Part shown: piece by piece, positions 27,561-37,129 of the stretch
Layout of the letters: each line of letters begins with the position of its first letter
Numbering within the stretch: position 1 is the stretch's first letter
IMG/VR virus record: IMGVR_UViG_2706794521_000001
Location: 1 to 64,000 of that record
Direction: 5' to 3' (one strand)
DNA length: 64,000 nucleotides
Source: an uncultured virus (IMG/VR IMGVR_UViG_2706794521_000001)
Lineage: Duplodnaviria; Heunggongvirae; Uroviricota; Caudoviricetes
Position numbers and translations under genes: made by a program
The notes under the pieces: generated by a model
The model's database searches: none
What the model was told of the DNA's origin: nothing
Seen by the model: the letters and a program-made list of their open reading frames with translations, nothing else

Positions 27561-28412
27561 GAAGGATCCTCCGGAGCGTTGAAAGCGGCGGTTTTTGCCG
27601 CGGGTGGAAAGTGCGGCGAACGCCGCTTCGAACTGGCCGACTTCATCGGCCATTCCCAGGGCGACGGCATTGGCGCCGACCTCAACGCCTCCGCCGCCGA
27701 ATTTCTTGATGACGGTGTCGGGCGTCACGTTGCGGTGCTTTGAGACAGCCGAGACGAAAACACTCGCGAGGTCGTCGACCATCTTCTGAATGCGAGCCTT
27801 GCCCTCATCGGTCTCGACGTTCGGCCGTTTGCCTGGCGACTGCGACGAGACGAACTCGAGCCTGCTGATACCGGCTTTTTCTTCGGCCTTCTTGCGATCG
27901 GTAATGCCGAGCACGACGCCGATCGAGCCGAGGACGGCCAGGTCGCTCACCACGACTTTGTCGGCTGCGGACGCGATCCAGTAACCGCCGCTCGCTGCCA
28001 TGCCGCTGACATAAGCCGTAACCGGCTTCTTGGCCCGCGCGGCGAAGATGGCTGCGGCCAGTTCGTCGCAGCCATTGGCCTCGCCGCCTGGGCTGTCGAC
28101 GTTGATCATGATCGCGTCAACCGTCTTGTCGTCGAGTGCCGCTTGCAGATCACGCCGTAGGATCTCGTAGGACGTTGCGCCAGAGAACGCGACGAACAGG
28201 TTCGCCTTCTTGAACAGCGGACCGGAGACGTCGAGGATCGCAACATTTTCGCGGATCTTCAGCCTCTCTCCGTTGTCGGCCCGGGCAGATCGATAAGCTT
28301 CCAGGGCCTCCGGCGTCGTCGAGTTTTCGCGCGAGGCAATGGCAACAAGTTCCTCGACGCGCTCGGGCAGCATTGCCCATGGCGCCGAAATCGCGGCTTC
28401 GACGATGTTCAT
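27150..28412 (-). CDS. S49 head maturation protease with C-terminal scaffold
   Basis: VDSPGGE, MAASGGYWIASAAD, GSIGV, ALGMADEV. Confidence 0.92.
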   Translation of the reverse strand: MNIVEAAISAPWAMLPERVEELVAIASRENSTTPEALEAYRSARADNGERLKIRENVAILDVSGPLFKKANLFVAFSGATSYEILRRDLQAALDDKTVDAIMINVDSPGGEANGCDELAAAIFAARAKKPVTAYVSGMAASGGYWIASAADKVVVSDLAVLGSIGVVLGITDRKKAEEKAGISRLEFVSSQSPGKRPNVETDEGKARIQKMVDDLASVFVSAVSKHRNVTPDTVIKKFGGGGVEVGANAVALGMADEVGQFEAAFAALSTRGKNRRFQRSGGSFMSTTETADIAKIQAEAAAKAKSDERTRISAITGTEAAKAHPKLAKLLVDADLSSETAISFLNAAAEDTKAAVDAKTPAVDPAKAAADEAAAKAKAFEKKKAEAGALGLGTQDSTEASATVAAGWGKAVTNANRRVN

Positions 28413-28696
28413 CTGATCCTCCGCCCAGGCCAGGTGTCCTGGCGATAGCCGCCGGTGATGGCGAATCTGGTCGGTCCTCGACCGCGTTTGGCCGCGCATT
28501 CCGACTCGAGCCGGGCAATCAGGGCACCGAACATCGCGAAGTCGCCTGCGCTGTACTTCACTGTTCGGTCACGGAAGGTGATTTCCGTGACTTGGCCACC
28601 GACCGAAGCTTTCATATAGGCGGGGCGAAGCGCGACCAGCGCAATGCACGGGTCGTACTCCTCGACGCCGAATATCAGGTCGAAGTCGATCGCCAC
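28409..28696 (-). CDS. head-tail connector (gpW-like)
   Basis: GQVTEITFRDRTVKY motif. Confidence 0.7.
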   Translation of the reverse strand: MAIDFDLIFGVEEYDPCIALVALRPAYMKASVGGQVTEITFRDRTVKYSAGDFAMFGALIARLESECAAKRGRGPTRFAITGGYRQDTWPGRRIR

Positions 28697-28699
28697 GGC

Positions 28700-30394
28700 C
28701 TATTCCTCGTCCAGTTTTGCTTCGAGATCGTCGTCGAGTTCCGCGGCCAGCGACGAATCCGGGTCGTCTTCAGCCGCGGCGCCCGCCTTTTTGGGTTGAT
28801 CAGGCGGCGCCCCAGCGTTTTTCGCCTCTTCCAGCGCAGCTTCCTCACCACCCTTGACCTGCAGGATATCGGTCGCCGCCCACGGCTTGGGCAGGTTGAG
28901 CTCGTCGTGCAGCGCGTTTTCGGCCGCGCGCTGGCGAGCGTCGTCGTCCCAATCGCGCCCGTATTCTTCAGCGATCTCCGACAATGTCGTTGCCTGCATG
29001 TCCTTGCGGACCTGGTAAGCGCGAGCGGTCTTGAAATCGTCGGCCTGCGGCCTGGCCGGCCCGGTCCATGTCGCGCGTGCCGCGAAGGCCATCATCTCTT
29101 TGAAGCGGTGATACCCGCCCGGGAATTCGATGCGCCCCGTGGCGATCTCCTCGTCCAGCCACCACAGAAACACCATGTTGCAGAACGGCACGATTAGGTT
29201 GTTGCGTCGGCGCATGACGGTCAGCCATTCGACGGCGCCAGCCATGCGGACTGACGAATAGGTGGCCCCGCGATAGTCGCCGGTCGCACTCTCGTAGGTG
29301 ACGCCGCCACCTCGAGCGATCTCGCGCAGCAGCCAGCCGAGAAAATGGTCGAGCTGCTGGCCAGGCTGCTTCGCCTCGGTGAAATTGAGTTCGTCGCCCG
29401 GGAACAGGTGGGCGATGCGGCCGTGCTGCGACAGATCAATGCTGGCGCCGTCGTACCATTCGCCTTTGATGTTTGAGAATGCCGAGGCGGACATGTCGAC
29501 CGCGCCGCCGTTCACCCGATCTTGCTGGGTAAACAGCCCGTCGTAGGCGGCGACGCCAGAGATGTTGGTCTTCAACGTCGCGGCGAAGATGGTCTGAATC
29601 ATCGCCGAGGTTAGGTTGGCGTCGAAATACTGGTCGACCTGGCGGACAACCTTCAATACCGACGCGAACGGACCGATGCCGCGGGTGCTGGCGATCGTCG
29701 GGTCTTTGATGTGCAACACATTCGGCCTGCCATCTGCGTCGAGCGCGCGAATGTCACGTTCGCGCCAGCCGAGCAGGTTCTCACGCTCGCGAAGCCGGTA
29801 ACCGATCGGTAGGCCCCACGCGTCGACCTTGACGCCTTGGATCATGCCGCCGGTGTAGTCGGTCCAGTTGACCAGCCGCGTCGGCGGCGTCATCAGCACC
29901 TTGGTCAATGACGCACTGCCTTCGCGGCGTATCATCGGCATCAGCGCCAGGATCTCGCCATGCCCCATGTAGGAGGCGTAAGCCGCCTGCTGCATTTGGC
30001 TGAAGTTCATCTGGCCTTGGGCGTCACATTCACGCGGATTGTTCGCCCACGCGCGGAATCGGGTCTCGACGTTGCGAGCCCATTTCGTCGCAAATTCCGG
30101 TTTCCAGCCGAGCACATCCGCGTCGGGGCGGCTTGCCATACGCAAACCGGAGCCGACGACTCCACCAGATGAGACCTCGACGATGCCGGACATAAACCCG
30201 GAGTTCTGAATCGCTGATATAGACCGCGCCGCGGCTTTTTCCCACGATGCCTGGACGTCCTGCTGCTGTTCCCGCAACTGCGGGTTCCAGCCGACGAGGA
30301 ACGGGCTCCTTTCGCTCTGAAAATACGCCGCTTTCGGCTTCGGAACGGCCGCGCTCGACCGAAAAGGCCGGCTGAGACGTTCGAGCATGCCCAT
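28700..30394 (-). CDS. portal protein, lambda family
   Basis: GVVGSGL, STRGIGPFASVL, HLFPGDEL, TGDYRGATYSSVRM. Confidence 0.93.
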   Translation of the reverse strand: MGMLERLSRPFRSSAAVPKPKAAYFQSERSPFLVGWNPQLREQQQDVQASWEKAAARSISAIQNSGFMSGIVEVSSGGVVGSGLRMASRPDADVLGWKPEFATKWARNVETRFRAWANNPRECDAQGQMNFSQMQQAAYASYMGHGEILALMPMIRREGSASLTKVLMTPPTRLVNWTDYTGGMIQGVKVDAWGLPIGYRLRERENLLGWRERDIRALDADGRPNVLHIKDPTIASTRGIGPFASVLKVVRQVDQYFDANLTSAMIQTIFAATLKTNISGVAAYDGLFTQQDRVNGGAVDMSASAFSNIKGEWYDGASIDLSQHGRIAHLFPGDELNFTEAKQPGQQLDHFLGWLLREIARGGGVTYESATGDYRGATYSSVRMAGAVEWLTVMRRRNNLIVPFCNMVFLWWLDEEIATGRIEFPGGYHRFKEMMAFAARATWTGPARPQADDFKTARAYQVRKDMQATTLSEIAEEYGRDWDDDARQRAAENALHDELNLPKPWAATDILQVKGGEEAALEEAKNAGAPPDQPKKAGAAAEDDPDSSLAAELDDDLEAKLDEE

Positions 30395-30401
30395 GATGAT
30401 C

Positions 30402-32249
30402 CTAGCCGTGGAGCCGCTTCACGCTGTCTTTCAGGCTCGGCCGAGTGTTCGGCTTGCCCTTCAGATCTTCGTAGCGACTGTCAAAATCGAAGCGGCAAAG
30501 TTGTTTTGCCGCGATCCCATAAACGGTGCAGTCCAGCGCCTCGGCTTTTCTCTTCCCAATGCGGGCGAAAATGATCTCGGGGCGCCCGTCTTTCCCGTAT
30601 TTCAGTTCGCGCCGCTCGGCGGTGAGCTGGATGAAGTACTGTTCTGTCAGCACGTTGCCGAAGCGAAACGACTGCTGCTCGTGGGGTTCCAGTGGCAAAG
30701 AGACCAGGATGTCGGTCTTCACCTGGTCGACGCCGACGATGTAGAGCGTCGCCGAGCGGTTGCGCCGCCGCGTCGTGCTCGCCTTCAGGACCGGCCGAGG
30801 ACCGTCGTCGCCCTTGATGGCGACAATCTTCCTGCCCTGTGTCCGTTCGCAGTAGTCGTAGACCCGCTGGGTCATATTGCCGTCGCCCGAGTCGACGCAG
30901 GCTGCCTCGACGCCGATCTCACCGCCGAGCGGATGCTTCCAGACGGTCATGAGGAGCGAATCGAGCTCGTCCCATGTGGTTTGAAGCAGCGCCGAGCCGC
31001 GGATGACGAGATGGCCGAGCACATAACGATGGTTGCGCGACCAGCCGACCAGCACCACCTCGAGGCGGTCGACCTGGACGTCAACGCCGGCCGTGATGTA
31101 GGCGACATCTTCGGGAATATCCTGACGCCATGCCGATTGTGCATGATCCCACGCGATGCCGAAGTTTTCGCAGCGCGCGAGGAGCTGGTTCTCGTTGACA
31201 TAGTTGATCGCGGTCGACCAAACCTTGCCGAGCACGGTGTTGTAGAACACCTGCATGTCGGAAGCGCCGGCCTTCAGCGCTTTCTCATACTCCTCGACCA
31301 GCTTCGGCCATGACGCATTGGCGAACTGCGAGATCAGCGCGTTCAGCCGGAAGCCAGCGTGGCCCTTGACGTGCGGCGCGGTCGCGCGCCACTCGCCGTT
31401 CTCGACCATCTGCGGCTTGAACCGCTCTTCGATCTCGGTGCCGCAATTCGGGCACATGCAGACGACCGTTTCGGGTTGCCCCGACTTCCAGTCCAGATGT
31501 TCCCACATCAATTCGAACGGCACGTCGCAGTGCACGCACGGGATCTCGAAAACCCGCTTGTCCGATTCCTCATAGCGCTTGATGATGATCGACGTGGCTT
31601 CGTCGGTCGGCGTCGATCCGACAACGATCTTACGATCGGCAAACGACGTCGTCCGTTTCTCGCCCAGCTTGATCGGGTCACCTTCCTTGGTGACCTTCAT
31701 GCCGTCGACCTCGTCGCACAGCAGCACCTTGGCCGTGTGCCGGCGAAGGTTACGTGGCGCCATGGCCGACAGGATCTTCAGCGATCCGCCGCCGAGCAGC
31801 ATTCGTTGCGTCAGCGTGTTGCGACCGTCAAACCGGCCGATTCGCATGACGTCGCGCAGCGCCGGCGTCTCGCGAAAGGCCGGATCGAGCTCGTCGACTG
31901 CAATGCCCCGAGCGTCGTCATCCGTCGGCATCAGCAGGATGATCGGGCAGGGGTCGTTGACCGCAAATGCCCCGATCGTCGCGATAAGGCTGACAGTGTA
32001 GCCAGTTCGGGCGCTCTTGATGACCGAAACCCGCTCGATCAGCGGGTCGCCCATCGCGTCCAGGATCCCGCGCTGGAATTTCCATGGCCGAAAGCGGCCA
32101 GGCGCAGCCGATGACGTCGCCGAAAGGCGGAAGTGCTTGGCCGCCCACTGCGAAAATGACAGGATCTCAGGGGGTCGAAGCGCCTTGCCGAGAGCGCCAA
32201 AAAGGCGCTTCACGGCATCACTTTTCACCCAAGATCTCCCTCGAGTCAC
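30402..32249 (-). CDS. terminase large subunit (lambda GpA family)
   Basis: KSARTGYT Walker A, LLCDEVD, GSTPT, TAGVDVQ, EALDCTVY. Confidence 0.95.
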   Translation of the reverse strand: MTRGRSWVKSDAVKRLFGALGKALRPPEILSFSQWAAKHFRLSATSSAAPGRFRPWKFQRGILDAMGDPLIERVSVIKSARTGYTVSLIATIGAFAVNDPCPIILLMPTDDDARGIAVDELDPAFRETPALRDVMRIGRFDGRNTLTQRMLLGGGSLKILSAMAPRNLRRHTAKVLLCDEVDGMKVTKEGDPIKLGEKRTTSFADRKIVVGSTPTDEATSIIIKRYEESDKRVFEIPCVHCDVPFELMWEHLDWKSGQPETVVCMCPNCGTEIEERFKPQMVENGEWRATAPHVKGHAGFRLNALISQFANASWPKLVEEYEKALKAGASDMQVFYNTVLGKVWSTAINYVNENQLLARCENFGIAWDHAQSAWRQDIPEDVAYITAGVDVQVDRLEVVLVGWSRNHRYVLGHLVIRGSALLQTTWDELDSLLMTVWKHPLGGEIGVEAACVDSGDGNMTQRVYDYCERTQGRKIVAIKGDDGPRPVLKASTTRRRNRSATLYIVGVDQVKTDILVSLPLEPHEQQSFRFGNVLTEQYFIQLTAERRELKYGKDGRPEIIFARIGKRKAEALDCTVYGIAAKQLCRFDFDSRYEDLKGKPNTRPSLKDSVKRLHG

Positions 32250-32763
32250 CAGAAATTACCGAAGCCTCGACCTCTTCGGCCATGTCCAGCAGAATATCGC
32301 GGCACATGTGTTTCAAGACGTCGGCGTCATGCGGCGTAAGGTGCGGAATGCTCGATCGTGCCTTGCCAGGGATCGACAGCACCGCCGCCTTTATGGTCTG
32401 GGCAAACTGTGACCAGCTTGCCTCGATCTCCGACAGTGTCATGGACTCGCCTGTCATTTTGGCGAGTTCGCGTTCCTTGATCTGCCGGATGACCTTTTCA
32501 GTCTGGGCGCGCTCGTCAGTCAGCGATTGGCCAGTTGCCGATGCTCTGCCGGCAGCCTGCTCGCGCAGCGCGGCTATGTATCCGTTGACCGAAGCGACCG
32601 TCTCGTACCGACCGCGGCCGACGGCCCGCCGGAAAACACCCTTCTGGTCCCAATCCGTGATCGAGCGGATCGACACGCCGACCAGGTTTGCGAGATCGGC
32701 TTTCGAGCAGGTAGGCGGGATAGCCGTCGCAGTTGACAGCTTCTTCCCGACTGGCCTGCCCAC
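32218..32763 (-). CDS. terminase small subunit (Nu1-like)
   Basis: N-terminal HTH KADLANLVGVSIRSITDW; GRGRYETVASV; coiled coil. Confidence 0.85.
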   Translation of the reverse strand: MGRPVGKKLSTATAIPPTCSKADLANLVGVSIRSITDWDQKGVFRRAVGRGRYETVASVNGYIAALREQAAGRASATGQSLTDERAQTEKVIRQIKERELAKMTGESMTLSEIEASWSQFAQTIKAAVLSIPGKARSSIPHLTPHDADVLKHMCRDILLDMAEEVEASVISGDSREILGEK

Positions 32764-32767
32764 GATG

Positions 32768-33425
32768 CTACAGCCCGAGCGTCCTGATTACCTGCCGCAC
32801 GACCCGCTTTTCGAGATCCAGCGCGGCGAACCGTTCAGACGCCGGCACGTTCGGCCTCGTCGGCTTCGCCAACTCGTTGGCGAGCACCGCCATGGAGAGG
32901 ACTTTCAACGGGAACCTGTCTTTCGTTGTGCGGACGACCACCTGGCCATTGGCGATGAAAGAGTGCGGAAATTGCCGCCTCACATTCCATCCGGTTGCCT
33001 CGGCGCCTCGCATGGAACTGACCGAGCCGCCGAACTTCCCGTCCGACATCGGATTGAGATCTCGAACCCAGACGGGGTTGCCGTATTCGGCGAGAGGGAT
33101 GGCAACGTCGGCCGTGACGACCTCTGCCGTCATGCTCGGTCCTGGCGCCGCCTTGACCACTCGAGTCTTCGATCTCACGCGCCCGGCCGGAACACCGGTG
33201 GTCGCTGCGATACGGACGACAGATTGCCGGGCCTGCTCGCCCGCATGCTNCGCGCCCGGCCGGAACACCGGTGGTCGCTGCGATACGGACGACAGATTGC
33301 CGGGCCTGCTCGCCCGCATGCTCATTCAGACCGCGAGCGGCGGCCTGCTGCATCTCCGGGCCTTCGAGTTTCTGCAGGAAGCGGATGAGCTCCGAATCCT
33401 GGTGGAAGGTGGCGGTGATCTTCAT
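32768..33425 (-). CDS. gpZ-like tail completion protein, apparently split by an assembly artefact
   Basis: AAARGLNE...FPHSFI; removing one 72-bp copy plus the N leaves 585 nt in frame. Confidence 0.7.
33178..33322. repeat. exact 72-bp duplication flanking an N (scaffold join)
   Basis: 33178-33249 is identical to 33251-33322; N at 33250. Confidence 0.9.
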
Positions 33426-33455
33426 CGCGCCGCCACCCCCAACTAAATTGCACCA

Positions 33456-34028
33456 CTAGAACGTTCGGCCTTTGGCTTGTTCTGCCTTGTACCCAGCTTC
33501 CACTTGGAGACGCAGTTCATTCAGCTCCGCGACGCAGCCGGGTTTAAGGTCCTTTGCCACTAGGTTGGCCCCAAACACACGGTTCCATTCATTAATCGCC
33601 TCAACAACCGCCGTCAGGTCGACACCCATCATTAGTTCATCGCTTCCCGTTTCCAGGTGGGCCAGATAAGCGCGATGTCGATCTACCGCTTCTGACAGTC
33701 GGGCCACGGTTGTGTCATAGACACCTTCCAGATGGGCCCGCGCAAGCTGGGATTCGATCTCGCTAAGGCGATCTGAGGTTGAGGCAATATCTTGCATCAA
33801 GGCCTCCACCGCCTTTTCAGCTGGTGTTTGCCATCTGTCCAGGGCATAGGCCCCCAATATCGATGAAACGAGGTAAAGGGCGCCACCTATTGCGATCAAC
33901 AGCGGAGGTGGCAAATCTAGACCGAGCAACCAGAGCACAATCGCCGGCAGAAGGAATATTCCCTGCCATACCGAACGCCACGCGGCGTGCTTGCCGTCTG
34001 CTAAGAAGCCCGTGAATTCCGTGTTCAT
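33456..34028 (-). CDS. two-TM plus coiled-coil membrane protein (moron-like)
   Basis: Two hydrophobic helices then a heptad-rich region; lower GC; start uncertain. Confidence 0.55.
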   Translation of the reverse strand: MNTEFTGFLADGKHAAWRSVWQGIFLLPAIVLWLLGLDLPPPLLIAIGGALYLVSSILGAYALDRWQTPAEKAVEALMQDIASTSDRLSEIESQLARAHLEGVYDTTVARLSEAVDRHRAYLAHLETGSDELMMGVDLTAVVEAINEWNRVFGANLVAKDLKPGCVAELNELRLQVEAGYKAEQAKGRTF

Positions 34029-34281
34029 GCCCGTCAGCATAGTTACGTTGCGTTGGCGCACAAGGGACTCGTATCAAGGGTCGACGCAATATCTCAGGGA
34101 CAGAGATAGTCCTGTAACATAGAGCTCTATGAGGGGTCGGCTTGACGCCGCCCCGATCAGCCATCTGAGCAGGATTTAGCGTCTACGCGAGGGGGGAGGT
34201 CGCGAGAAACTGCCCCTCTTGCGAGCTTCGGTCAACCCCCCGACTTTCGAACAGGCTTTCCAGATCGTTACCGTTTTCCGG

Positions 34282-34336
34282 CTGTCCCGAGTTTGTCCCG
34301 GAATTGTCCGGGATTTGTCCGAGTTCCGTCCGGGAA
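34282..34336. repeat. five 11-bp-phased GTCC-core repeats
   Basis: GTCC at 34284, 34295, 34306, 34317, 34328. Confidence 0.85.
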
Positions 34337-34970
34337 GTATTTTCAGCCAGTCAGCGGCCAGAGTGCGATTCCGCTTGACACCATTTCGACCCAGAGCGGC
34401 GGAAGGCCCCTATAGGGCATAAGGTCGGTAAATAACCGCGGGGCTGCGCTCCGCTGGCGCTCGCCCCCTGATACGGTCCCTAAGTCGCTTTTGCTGGTAG
34501 CAGCTCGAGCCAGGCGCAGGCCACCATGAGCGCCACGCATGCAGGACGAGGGGCGAGGCGGGGCAGGGTGGGCGCGTGTTGGTGGGGCGCTGTGACCATG
34601 CAACATCATGCTCGAGCAGAGCGACCACGCATGGGCAGGGGCGGGCTGGGTGGCGCGGAGCTGCTGCAGCTCGGCGGGCATGGTGTGCGACGCTATCGGG
34701 TATGGGAGTGCTTTTCGCTGAAAAGTGCTCACGCGGTCAAGTTGTGGGCAGAGTCGCAGGGTTGTGCAGTAGAGCAGGCCAGCATGCGGCAGCATGCGCA
34801 GGCCAGGTACAAGCAACGCGAACCGTTTCGACTATGGCAAGGCGGGTATAGCCGGGCGGCGTCACTCCAAGGCCAAGTAGGGAACGAAGAAAAAGCGCAT
34901 GTTTTCATGCTCATAGCGCATTATTTGCTTTACATTCCGCCCCGGTTTTGAGAGAGTGTTCTTGCAAAAC

Positions 34971-34986
34971 GGCTCGATTGTGAGCC
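34971..34986 (+). promoter_or_regulatory. GATTGT-loop hairpin, copy 1
   Basis: GGCTC-GATTGT-GAGCC, then GAAAGG and ATG at 35005. Confidence 0.7.
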
Positions 34987-35004
34987 CATCGAAAGGCAGA
35001 CAGC

Positions 35005-35220
35005 ATGAACACTCCCACCGCAACCTTTCATGACATCTGGGCAGGACCAGTTCCCGCGCATGTCGTCGCCTTCAAGACCACGCGCAAGGGCGAACGCGTC
35101 GTCCGCTATCGTTGGCAGCGCGTCGACGGCAACCATTGCTGCAGCGTGGTCTATCTCACGCCGGCGGCTGCGGCCGCTGCCAAGCGTCGCGACGCGCGCT
35201 TTTCCAACGTCGTGGCGTGA
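35005..35220 (+). CDS. hypothetical protein
   Basis: RBS present; first gene of the accessory cluster. Confidence 0.65.
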   Translation: MNTPTATFHDIWAGPVPAHVVAFKTTRKGERVVRYRWQRVDGNHCCSVVYLTPAAAAAAKRRDARFSNVVA

Positions 35221-35221
35221 C

Positions 35222-35383
35222 ATGAACCCCACTCACGACTTCGGCTTGTTCATCCTCCGCGCTGGGGTGTGGACTGCTCATGCTACCGACGAGACGCTTT
35301 CCTCGTTCCTGAAGCAGGAGCGCGCCTATCTCGCTGACTCGCTCGGCCTGACCGTTGCCATCTTCCGCAAGATCGAGGCGTGA
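35222..35383 (+). CDS. hypothetical protein (53 aa)
   Basis: MNPTHDFGLFILRAGVW...; tightly coupled to neighbours. Confidence 0.55.
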   Translation: MNPTHDFGLFILRAGVWTAHATDETLSSFLKQERAYLADSLGLTVAIFRKIEA

Positions 35384-35384
35384 C

Positions 35385-35663
35385 ATGCGCGCGCTGCTCC
35401 TCTCCGCTTTCGTCGCCGGCGCTTTGGTGTCCGGTCTTCAGGCCGGGCGCATCTATGACGCGGCTTTCGTCTATTCCGAGTCCTGCGACCGCGCGCCGCT
35501 GCCGAACGCCTTCGGGCGCTATCAGGCCAAGGGCCTGGTCTGTCACCTTGCCGACTACATCGTTTACGGCGCCTCGCTGCAACAGCCGGTCACGGCCTGC
35601 ACGCTCGCGCGGGCCGTGCCGACGGACGCCAACATTGAGGCCTGCACGGGCCAGCCCATCTAG
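35385..35663 (+). CDS. secreted Cys-containing hypothetical protein
   Basis: Signal-like N-terminus MRALLLSAFVAGALVSG; 4 Cys. Confidence 0.55.
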   Translation: MRALLLSAFVAGALVSGLQAGRIYDAAFVYSESCDRAPLPNAFGRYQAKGLVCHLADYIVYGASLQQPVTACTLARAVPTDANIEACTGQPI

Positions 35664-35718
35664 CGCCTTTTTCAGCGCCCGGCACGCTGGGCGCTGCGAT
35701 GGTCGCTAGACCGCAACC

Positions 35719-35732
35719 GCCCGATTGTGGGC
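35719..35732 (+). promoter_or_regulatory. GATTGT-loop hairpin, copy 2
   Basis: GCCC-GATTGT-GGGC, then GAAAGGA and ATG at 35751. Confidence 0.7.
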
Positions 35733-35750
35733 AACATGAAAGGAACGAAC

Positions 35751-35855
35751 ATGAAGACCGACAAGCGCCAGTTTTCCGACCGTATCGAAGGCCGCGTGCG
35801 CCGCGATGTCCGCCGCAACGCCCGCGCTGCAAAGCGCGCATGGCTGGAAATGTGA
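35751..35855 (+). CDS. 34-aa arginine-rich peptide (absent from the ORF track)
   Basis: MKTDKRQFSDRIEGRVRRDVRRNARAAKRAWLEM with AAAGGA RBS. Confidence 0.65.
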   Translation: MKTDKRQFSDRIEGRVRRDVRRNARAAKRAWLEM

Positions 35856-35857
35856 CC

Positions 35858-36064
35858 ATGAGGCACGACCGTTACGACGATCTCACGCCTGAAGAGCTCG
35901 CAGCGGTGCAAGCCTATGCCGCGAAGCACGGCCGGATGTGGAAGAGCATCCTGCGAGGGGCATGGTTGGGGCAGCCGCCGTATGACGACACCGGGACGTT
36001 GCGCAACCTCCGCAACACCCATGGTCCGTCATGGCTGGACGGCTTCAAGCTGCCGAAGGCGTGA
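35858..36064 (+). CDS. hypothetical protein (68 aa)
   Basis: LTPEELAAVQAYAAKHGRMWKSILRGAW...LRNLRNTHGPSWL, a pattern I associate with mobile-element proteins. Confidence 0.7.
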   Translation: MRHDRYDDLTPEELAAVQAYAAKHGRMWKSILRGAWLGQPPYDDTGTLRNLRNTHGPSWLDGFKLPKA

Positions 36065-36155
36065 CACATAGCGCGCGGCCTTCGGGCCGCGCCTCACCAT
36101 CGCCTTTCCGGCCGGCCAGGCATGGCCGCCCCGATGGTCGGATTGTGGCCAACTT

Positions 36156-36169
36156 GCCCGATTGTGGGC
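36156..36169 (+). promoter_or_regulatory. GATTGT-loop hairpin, copy 3 (variant copy at 36135-36151)
   Basis: GCCC-GATTGT-GGGC, then AAAGGAG and ATG at 36191. Confidence 0.7.
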
Positions 36170-36190
36170 TGATCAAAAGGAGCTTTTTCA

Positions 36191-37054
36191 ATGAACATTT
36201 ACACCCCGACCGCGCGTTTCGACACCGGCCGCGCGTTGACCGAAGACGAGTTGCGCATGCGTGCGCCGTCGGTTTTCGCGCTGGCTGCTCATGAAAGCCG
36301 GTCCGAACGTTTCCAGCCCATCCCCACGATTGAGATTGTGCGGGCGCTGGCAAATGAGGGTTTTCACGTCGTCGGCGCTAAGCAGTCCGGCACGCGAGAC
36401 GAAAGCCGGAAAGACTTCACAAAGCACCTGCTGCGCCTCCGCCGGCTGGACAACGAAGCGGCCTATTCGGTCGGCGATACCGTCTGCGAAATTCTGTTGA
36501 AGAACGCGAACGACGGGACGAGCGCATATGACCTCATGGCCGGCCTTTTCCGCATTCGTTGCCTGAATTCGATGGTCTCGCAGACGGCAACGCTGGACTC
36601 GCTCAAGGTGCGCCATTCCGGCGACGTTGCCGGCAAGGTGATCGAAGGCACGTATACCGTTCTCGACGCGGCACAAAAGGCGCTTGCCGCGCCGCAGGAC
36701 TGGTCAACGGTCAAGCTGAACAATGACGAGTCGGCCATTCTTGCCGAAGCGGCGCACCTGCTCCGCTTCGCCGATGCAGACGGCAATGTTGAAACCCCGA
36801 TCAAGCCCGCTCAGCTCCTCATGCCGCGCCGCCACGACGACCGCGCCGCAGACCTGTGGACGCAATTCAATGTCGTGCAGGAAAACGTCATTCGGGGCGG
36901 GCTGCGCGGTGTCGGTCGTGACGCCAACAACCGCCGGCGCCGGGTCACAACGCGCGAAGTCAACGGGATCGATCAAGACGTGAAGTTGAACAAAGCCCTG
37001 TGGCTGCTCGGCGCGAAGATGGCCGAGCTGAAGGGAATTCGCGCCGCCGCGTGA
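36191..37054 (+). CDS. DUF932/DUF945-family protein
   Basis: APSVFA..AHESRSERF.PIPT, FTKHLLRLR, EILLKNANDGTSAY, GLFRIRCLNSMV, FNVVQENVIRGG. Confidence 0.9.
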   Translation: MNIYTPTARFDTGRALTEDELRMRAPSVFALAAHESRSERFQPIPTIEIVRALANEGFHVVGAKQSGTRDESRKDFTKHLLRLRRLDNEAAYSVGDTVCEILLKNANDGTSAYDLMAGLFRIRCLNSMVSQTATLDSLKVRHSGDVAGKVIEGTYTVLDAAQKALAAPQDWSTVKLNNDESAILAEAAHLLRFADADGNVETPIKPAQLLMPRRHDDRAADLWTQFNVVQENVIRGGLRGVGRDANNRRRRVTTREVNGIDQDVKLNKALWLLGAKMAELKGIRAAA

Positions 37055-37096
37055 TCAGTGCGGGGCGGTTCGCCCGCCCCGCATCCTCGCTCAACA

Positions 37097-37110
37097 GCGC
37101 AATTGTGCGC
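37097..37110 (+). promoter_or_regulatory. GATTGT-loop hairpin, copy 4 (AATTGT)
   Basis: GCGC-AATTGT-GCGC, then AAAGGAG and GTG at 37130. Confidence 0.65.
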
Positions 37111-37129
37111 GCCCAAAAAGGAGACAATC

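Noticed and set aside
33178..33322. 72-bp tandem duplication breaking the gpZ-like gene
   Set aside because: Identical copies flank a single N, and removing one restores the frame: an unmerged contig overlap rather than biology.
6066..33425. Tailocin, GTA or contractile injection system
   Set aside because: Head, terminase, replication and immunity modules are all present, so it is a genuine prophage; a lambda-like head with a P2-like tail is a known architecture.
34282..34336. Possible CRISPR array
   Set aside because: Units are 11 bp with no spacers and there are no cas genes; the GATTGT hairpins are separated by whole genes.
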